DNA from: an uncultured Gemmatimonadaceae bacterium
Lineage (GTDB): Bacteria > Gemmatimonadota > Gemmatimonadetes > Gemmatimonadales > Gemmatimonadaceae
Assembly: GCA_963790305.1 (NCBI GenBank)
Contig: CAWBOC010000009.1
Location: 224,001 to 288,000, forward strand
DNA length: 64,000 bases
Direction: 5' to 3'
Shown: positions 59,042 to 64,000 of the stretch, one piece after another
How positions within the stretch are numbered: position 1 is the first letter of the stretch
Layout of the letters: every line of letters begins with the position of its first letter
The notes under the pieces: generated by a model
What the model saw: only the letters and a program-made list of their open reading frames with translations
The model's database searches: none
Told to the model about the DNA's origin: nothing
Made by a program: the position numbers and the translations under genes

Positions 59042-59413
59042 TCACGTCGATGGCTTGCGGCTGTCGTAACGCCTCGAGGTGATCACGAGTAACGCCGCCC
59101 CGATGAGGAGGACGAGCGCAGCCGGGAGCAGGAGCCAGGTGGTAATCGAATAGGGCATGCGCCGCGCAAGAACCACGAACAGGGCCGCGAAGAGCAGGCA
59201 GATGAACGCGGCAATGCGCAGCTGCCAGCCCGCGGTCGCGAAGGCTCGGTCGCTGCGAGCCAGCAGCGTCTGCACCGCCGCGACGTCCCCTTCGCAACGT
59301 CCTCGGCAGGCGGACATCTTGTTCACGTCGGCGGTGCAGCCCTCGCAAAGCCCGCGGCAGCAGTTGCGACAGGTGGCGACCGCGTCGACGTCGCGGTGGT
59401 AGTAGCAGCGCAT
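59042..59413 (-). CDS. Small membrane protein with N-terminal B-box-like zinc finger
   Basis: C-x2-H-x8-C-x2-C-x4-C-x2-C pattern and two C-terminal TM helices. Confidence 0.7.
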   Translation of the reverse strand: MRCYYHRDVDAVATCRNCCRGLCEGCTADVNKMSACRGRCEGDVAAVQTLLARSDRAFATAGWQLRIAAFICLLFAALFVVLARRMPYSITTWLLLPAALVLLIGAALLVITSRRYDSRKPST

Positions 59414-59546
59414 CTCGAGGCGACGGGGCGAAAACGACGGCCTCAATGTCGTCGCATCGCGGCGCAGGCGCCAGCCTGGCGGGTGCTCTGGCGAGGGGCA
59501 TCACATCGCCATCACATTCAACCACCGTCAACCGCCGAGCCTTTCC

Positions 59547-62093
59547 ATGCGAGAGTCCTCCGTCTGCCGTTTTCTCATGCTGTGCACGCTCGCACTGTCA
59601 GCGTGCGCGAGCCGACCTCAGGATCCCGCGCCCACACCGGCGCCACAGCAACAGGGTCAGCCGCCGGAGGGGCAGACCGCGCAGCCACGCCGACGCGCAC
59701 GTCCGTACGCGCAGGTCGTCACCGATCGGGCGGTCACCGACACCGGCGGCATCACGGTGCATCGCGTCGAGGACCGCTGGTTGTTCGAGGTTCCCGATTC
59801 GCTCATGGGAAGGGATTTCCTGCTCGTCAGTCGCATCGCGGGGGTGCCGCCGAACTTCGGCGGCTTTCTCTCGGCGGGAACGTCGATCGAGGAGCGCGTG
59901 ATGCGATGGGAGCGACAGCGCGATCGCATCATCCTGCGCACGATCTCGTACGACGCCGTCGCCGATGACACGCTGCCGATCGCGATCTCGGTCGCGAGCA
60001 ACAACGTTGGCGCCATCCTCGCGGCGTTCCCCATCGAGGCGTACGGCAAGGACAGCGCGTCATTCGTCATCGACGTCGGGAGCTTCTTCTCCGGCGACAC
60101 CCCTGCCCTCTCCGGGCTGTCGCCGGCGCAGCGCCGCCAGTACCAGGTTCGGCGGCTCGATCCCGCACGCAGCTTCCTCACCTCGGTAAAATCGTTCCCG
60201 CAAAACGTCGAGGTGCGCCACACGCAAACGTACGACGCTACCGAGCCGCCGGCGGACCGGACCAGCGGAACGATTTCGCTGGACATGCGCCAGTCGATCG
60301 TGCTGCTCCCCAAGGTTCCCATGCGGCCACGCTACGCGGATGCGCGCGCCGGGTTCTTCGCGGTGACCCGGGTGAACTACGGCCTCGACGTGCAGAAGGC
60401 GGATTCGCAGAGCTTCATTCGTCGCTGGCGGCTCGAGCCCAAGGATCCCGCGGCGTACGCGCGCGGAGAGCTCGTGGAGCCGGTGAAGCCGATCGTGTAC
60501 TACATCGACCCGGCGACGCCCACGCGGTGGCGCCCGTACGTGCGGATGGGAATCGAAGACTGGCAGAAACCGTTCGAGAAGGCCGGCTTCAAGAACGCGA
60601 TCCTCGCCAAGGATCCGCCGAGCGCGGCTGACGATCCGGATTGGGATCCGGAAGACATTCGATATTCGGTGGTCCGGTGGGCGGCGAGTCTCGTGCGCAA
60701 CGCCGTGGGTCCGAGCACGTCGGATCCGCGCACCGGCGAGATCATCGAGAGCGACATCACGTTCTATCACAACCATATGCGGTCGTACCGGAATCGTCTG
60801 CTCATCGAGACGGGCGCCGCCAACCCGGTGGCTCGCACGCTCGACATGCCTGAAGCGCTCATGGGCGAGACGATGCGGAAGGTCATCACCCACGAGGTCG
60901 GCCATGCGATCGGCCTGCCGCACAACATGATCGCGTCGAGCTCCATCCCAATCGACTCGCTGCGGAGCGCCTCCTTCGCCAGTCGGTACGGCGTGTCGCT
61001 GACGATCATGGACTATGCGCGGCAGAACTACATCGCGCAGCCCGGTGACAGCCTCACGCCGACGTCGTTCGTGCGGCGTCTTGGCCCCTTCGATGACTTC
61101 ATCGTCAACTGGGGCTATCGGGTCATTCCGGAGGCGCGCACGCCGGAAGAGGAGCGTGCCCTGCTCGACCGATGGCTGCGCGAGCAGAGCGGACCCATGC
61201 GGTACCGCTATCTCCCGCAGTACCTCGCGGGCGTCGATCCTCGCTCGCAAACCGAGGACGTGGGCGACGATCCGGTGCGCGCCAGCACGTACGCCATCGA
61301 GAATCTCAAACGGGTGGTGCCGAATCTCGTCGGGTGGACCACCCGCAACGGTGACGACTACTCCGAGCTCAACGAGCTCTACGGCGAGGCGTTAGGCATG
61401 TGGGCGCGGTACATGGGCCACGTCGTCTCGGTGATCGGAGGGGTGCAGGTCGACCTCAAGACCGCCGACCAGGACGGGGTCGTTTTCAGCGCGGTCGACC
61501 GCGAGCGCCAGCAGGCCGCGCTCCGGTTCCTGGGCGAGCAGGCGTTCCGCACGCCATCCTGGCTGGCTCCCGACGAAATCCTTTCGCGCATCGGGCCACC
61601 CGCGGGGCAGACGTCGCTCGTCGATCGTCAGGCGGCCGTCGTCACCCAGCTGCTCGACGCTCGGCGACTTGCACGGCTCGCGCAGTCCGAGACAATGAAT
61701 GAGCGCAATGCCTACGCGCCGGCGGTCTACCTCGCTGACCTGCGACGCGCAATGTGGGGAGCGCCAGGCTCGCTGACGACCCCCGATGCCAATCGTCGCA
61801 CGCTCCACCGTGTCTACCTTGAGCGCCTGGCGGCGCTCGTCGAGCCGCCGCAGGCGCCACCGGCCGGCGGCGGTCAAGGGGGCGGAGCGGGCGGACCCCC
61901 GCAGGAGCCGCCATCGCCACTCCTTGTAGCGCCTAACGTGCCACGGACCGATCTTCCCGCGCTCGCGCGGAGTCAGCTCCGCGCCATTCAGGCCGACGCT
62001 CGCCGCGCCGCGGGTGTCGCACCATCGGCCGTCGTGCGCGCGCACTGGCAGGATGTGGCGGATCGCGTGGAGAAGGTGCTGAGGCCGGACTGA
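59547..62093 (+). CDS. Zinc-dependent metalloprotease lipoprotein (DUF5118/DUF5117/DUF4953 type)
   Basis: Lipobox LSAC, RWRLEPKD, KPIVYYIDP, DPRTGEII, HEVGHAIGLPHN, IMDY Met-turn. Confidence 0.92.
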   Translation: MRESSVCRFLMLCTLALSACASRPQDPAPTPAPQQQGQPPEGQTAQPRRRARPYAQVVTDRAVTDTGGITVHRVEDRWLFEVPDSLMGRDFLLVSRIAGVPPNFGGFLSAGTSIEERVMRWERQRDRIILRTISYDAVADDTLPIAISVASNNVGAILAAFPIEAYGKDSASFVIDVGSFFSGDTPALSGLSPAQRRQYQVRRLDPARSFLTSVKSFPQNVEVRHTQTYDATEPPADRTSGTISLDMRQSIVLLPKVPMRPRYADARAGFFAVTRVNYGLDVQKADSQSFIRRWRLEPKDPAAYARGELVEPVKPIVYYIDPATPTRWRPYVRMGIEDWQKPFEKAGFKNAILAKDPPSAADDPDWDPEDIRYSVVRWAASLVRNAVGPSTSDPRTGEIIESDITFYHNHMRSYRNRLLIETGAANPVARTLDMPEALMGETMRKVITHEVGHAIGLPHNMIASSSIPIDSLRSASFASRYGVSLTIMDYARQNYIAQPGDSLTPTSFVRRLGPFDDFIVNWGYRVIPEARTPEEERALLDRWLREQSGPMRYRYLPQYLAGVDPRSQTEDVGDDPVRASTYAIENLKRVVPNLVGWTTRNGDDYSELNELYGEALGMWARYMGHVVSVIGGVQVDLKTADQDGVVFSAVDRERQQAALRFLGEQAFRTPSWLAPDEILSRIGPPAGQTSLVDRQAAVVTQLLDARRLARLAQSETMNERNAYAPAVYLADLRRAMWGAPGSLTTPDANRRTLHRVYLERLAALVEPPQAPPAGGGQGGGAGGPPQEPPSPLLVAPNVPRTDLPALARSQLRAIQADARRAAGVAPSAVVRAHWQDVADRVEKVLRPD

Positions 62094-62105
62094 GGCCGAA
62101 AGCGC

Positions 62106-64000
62106 CTAGAGCTTCATCTTCTCGACGAGCGCCTGAAACCTCGGGGATTCTCGAAGCGGGTCGAATATCGGGTTGATTCGGAGATACGCCACCCAGCCGC
62201 GCCGCTCCTCGCGTGCGCGCTCGGTCCAGTCGAGCGCCTGCTCGACATCGCCGATTCCGAGGTACAGCGTTGCGAACGCCACCGAGGACACGTAGCCGCT
62301 CTCGGCACGCTTCTCGAGATCGTTGACGAGTGCGAGCGCCCCCTCTCGATCGCCTTTCCGGCCGAGGACGTAGCCCAGCGTTGCGATCGCGTACGGGCCC
62401 GCGCCGCGAAGCGTGATCGCCTCGCGGAGCACGCGCTCCCCTTCGACCAGGTCTCCGTCGATGGCGTGTGCGAGGCCAAGCACGCGGTACGTCTCCTCGG
62501 CCTCGGGATTCATCTCGATGGCGCGTGAGAGATGATACCGCGCCTGTTCGTACCGGCGCGCGTAGTAGTACAGCCAGCCTAACGTGCGACGAATGGACAC
62601 CGAGGCCGGGTCGAGCTCTTGCGCGACATGACCCTCGAGTAGCGCCTCGTCGAGCCGCCCACGCGAGGCCAGCGAGAACGCATGCCACTGGTGCGCCGTC
62701 GCATATCGAGGGTCGAGCTCGATCGCGCGCCGGAATTCCTTGGTGGCACCCTCCCAGTCCCAGTCGTAGATGAACATGCTCCACGCCAGCGACGTGTGGG
62801 CCTCGGCCAGTGATTCATCGAGGGCGAGCGCTTTCCGCGCGTACTCTTTCGCGCGCTCGTGCCACTCCTGCACAGGAACGCTGCGGTAATCGAGCAGCAG
62901 GGCGAACGAGTCGGAGAGTCCCGTGTACGCGAGGGCATACTTCGGGTCCTCGCTGATCGCCTGCTCGAAGAAGTCGATTGCCTCGAACACCGCCTCCTGC
63001 GACCGCTTGTTCCACGCGTGGCGCCCGCGCAGATAGAGCGAGTGTGCCCGCACGTTCTCCGTTTGCCGTCGGGCGACCGGCGTCTCGAGTGACGCGAACG
63101 TGGTCGCGCGCAGCGTGCTCACGATCGTGTTCGCGATCTCGTCCTGAATGGCGAACACATCCTCGAGCGTCCGATCATACCGCTGCGACCAGAGCAGCTG
63201 TCCGTCATCGGTGGAGGAGAGCTGGGCAGTGATGCGAAGGCGCTCTCCAGCCTTTCGCACCGTCCCATCGAGGACGACGGATGCGCCGAGCAGGGCGCCA
63301 ATCGCGCGGACATCCTGGGCCTTGCCTTTGAGCGCGAACACCGACGTCCGCGATGAGACGCGCAGCCCCTCGACCTTCGCCAGAGCGACAATCAGCTCAT
63401 CGGTGATGCCATCGCTGAGGTACTCGTTTTCGGCATCGGAGCTGGCGTTGATGAACGGCAGCACGGCGATCGTGCGCGGCGCCGCGCGAGCCGTGGACAG
63501 CCGCGGGAGTGCGCTCGCGTCGAGTGCGGCGAGGAACTCGTTGACGCTCCCATAACGCGCCTCGGGCGCCTTCGCCAGCGCCTTGGTGAGGACCTGGTCG
63601 AGCGCGAGGGGCAGCTCCGGGCGCACGGCGCGCATCGAAGGCGGCGTTCGTGTCACATGCATCGCCATCGTCGCGCGGCTGTTCGGCCCGCGGAACGGTG
63701 GGTCGCCCGTCAGCATCTCGTAAATCACGCACGCGAGGCTGTAGAGATCGCTCGGCACTCCGAGATCGCGCTCCCCACTCGCCTGCTCGGGGCTCATGTA
63801 TTCGGGCGTGCCGAGCGCGAGTCCCACCTCGGTGATCGCCTGAGTGCTCTCGGTGGAGCAGACGAAGGCGATGCCGAAATCGGCGAGCATCGCCTGCCCC
63901 TCGGAAAGGAGGATGTTCTCTGGCTTGACGTCGCGGTGCACGTACCCGCTGCGGTGCGCGCTCTGGAGCGCCGAGCCGACCTCGTGCGCTACGCGCAGCG
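62106..64000 (-). CDS. Ser/Thr protein kinase with TolB-N-like and TPR domains (5' end outside the window)
   Basis: HRDVKPENIL, DFGIA, GTPEYMSPEQ, IAVLPF...YLSDGITDELI, TPR helices. Confidence 0.95.
   Translation of the reverse strand, partial: LRVAHEVGSALQSAHRSGYVHRDVKPENILLSEGQAMLADFGIAFVCSTESTQAITEVGLALGTPEYMSPEQASGERDLGVPSDLYSLACVIYEMLTGDPPFRGPNSRATMAMHVTRTPPSMRAVRPELPLALDQVLTKALAKAPEARYGSVNEFLAALDASALPRLSTARAAPRTIAVLPFINASSDAENEYLSDGITDELIVALAKVEGLRVSSRTSVFALKGKAQDVRAIGALLGASVVLDGTVRKAGERLRITAQLSSTDDGQLLWSQRYDRTLEDVFAIQDEIANTIVSTLRATTFASLETPVARRQTENVRAHSLYLRGRHAWNKRSQEAVFEAIDFFEQAISEDPKYALAYTGLSDSFALLLDYRSVPVQEWHERAKEYARKALALDESLAEAHTSLAWSMFIYDWDWEGATKEFRRAIELDPRYATAHQWHAFSLASRGRLDEALLEGHVAQELDPASVSIRRTLGWLYYYARRYEQARYHLSRAIEMNPEAEETYRVLGLAHAIDGDLVEGERVLREAITLRGAGPYAIATLGYVLGRKGDREGALALVNDLEKRAESGYVSSVAFATLYLGIGDVEQALDWTERAREERRGWVAYLRINPIFDPLRESPRFQALVEKMKL

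Overview
High-GC bacterial chromosomal window. Gene content and order suggest Gemmatimonadota (inference). It is mostly housekeeping and envelope genes: a TolC/adaptor/ATPase/MacB-type ABC exporter set, bshB1-kynA-kynB, a TonB receptor with a DUF4249-type lipoprotein, iscS-mnmA, the run ffs-dnaX-ybaB-recR-mglB-mglA-pgsA-cinA-grpE-dnaJ, the run tal-pyk-MBL-pgi-fba-HK-NtrC, ackA, a zinc metalloprotease and a partial Ser/Thr kinase. Two patches of small accessory genes lie at about 20.7-24.1 kb and 51.7-55.5 kb. I found no CRISPR array, transposase, integrase, rRNA or canonical tRNA. The most unusual signals are non-coding: (i) a 110-nt tRNA/Y-RNA-like element with two T-arms and a well-placed -10 box, with no Ro60 or rtcB in the window; (ii) at least seven intergenic hairpins built from head-to-head 7- or 9-bp tandem arrays, with five different unit sequences but one architecture, sitting at or near stop codons, one enclosing the pyk start; (iii) a nested inverted-repeat element after ackA; (iv) an SRP RNA whose apical loop is not GNRA. 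Protein oddities include a degenerate ECF sigma region-2/FecR fusion, a truncated histidine kinase in the glycolysis operon, and an uncharacterised DapA-like/DHOD-like/racemase operon. About nine single-base frameshifts at 4.6-20.3 kb look like sequencing indels. All calls come from reading the sequence and ORF track; no database searches were run.
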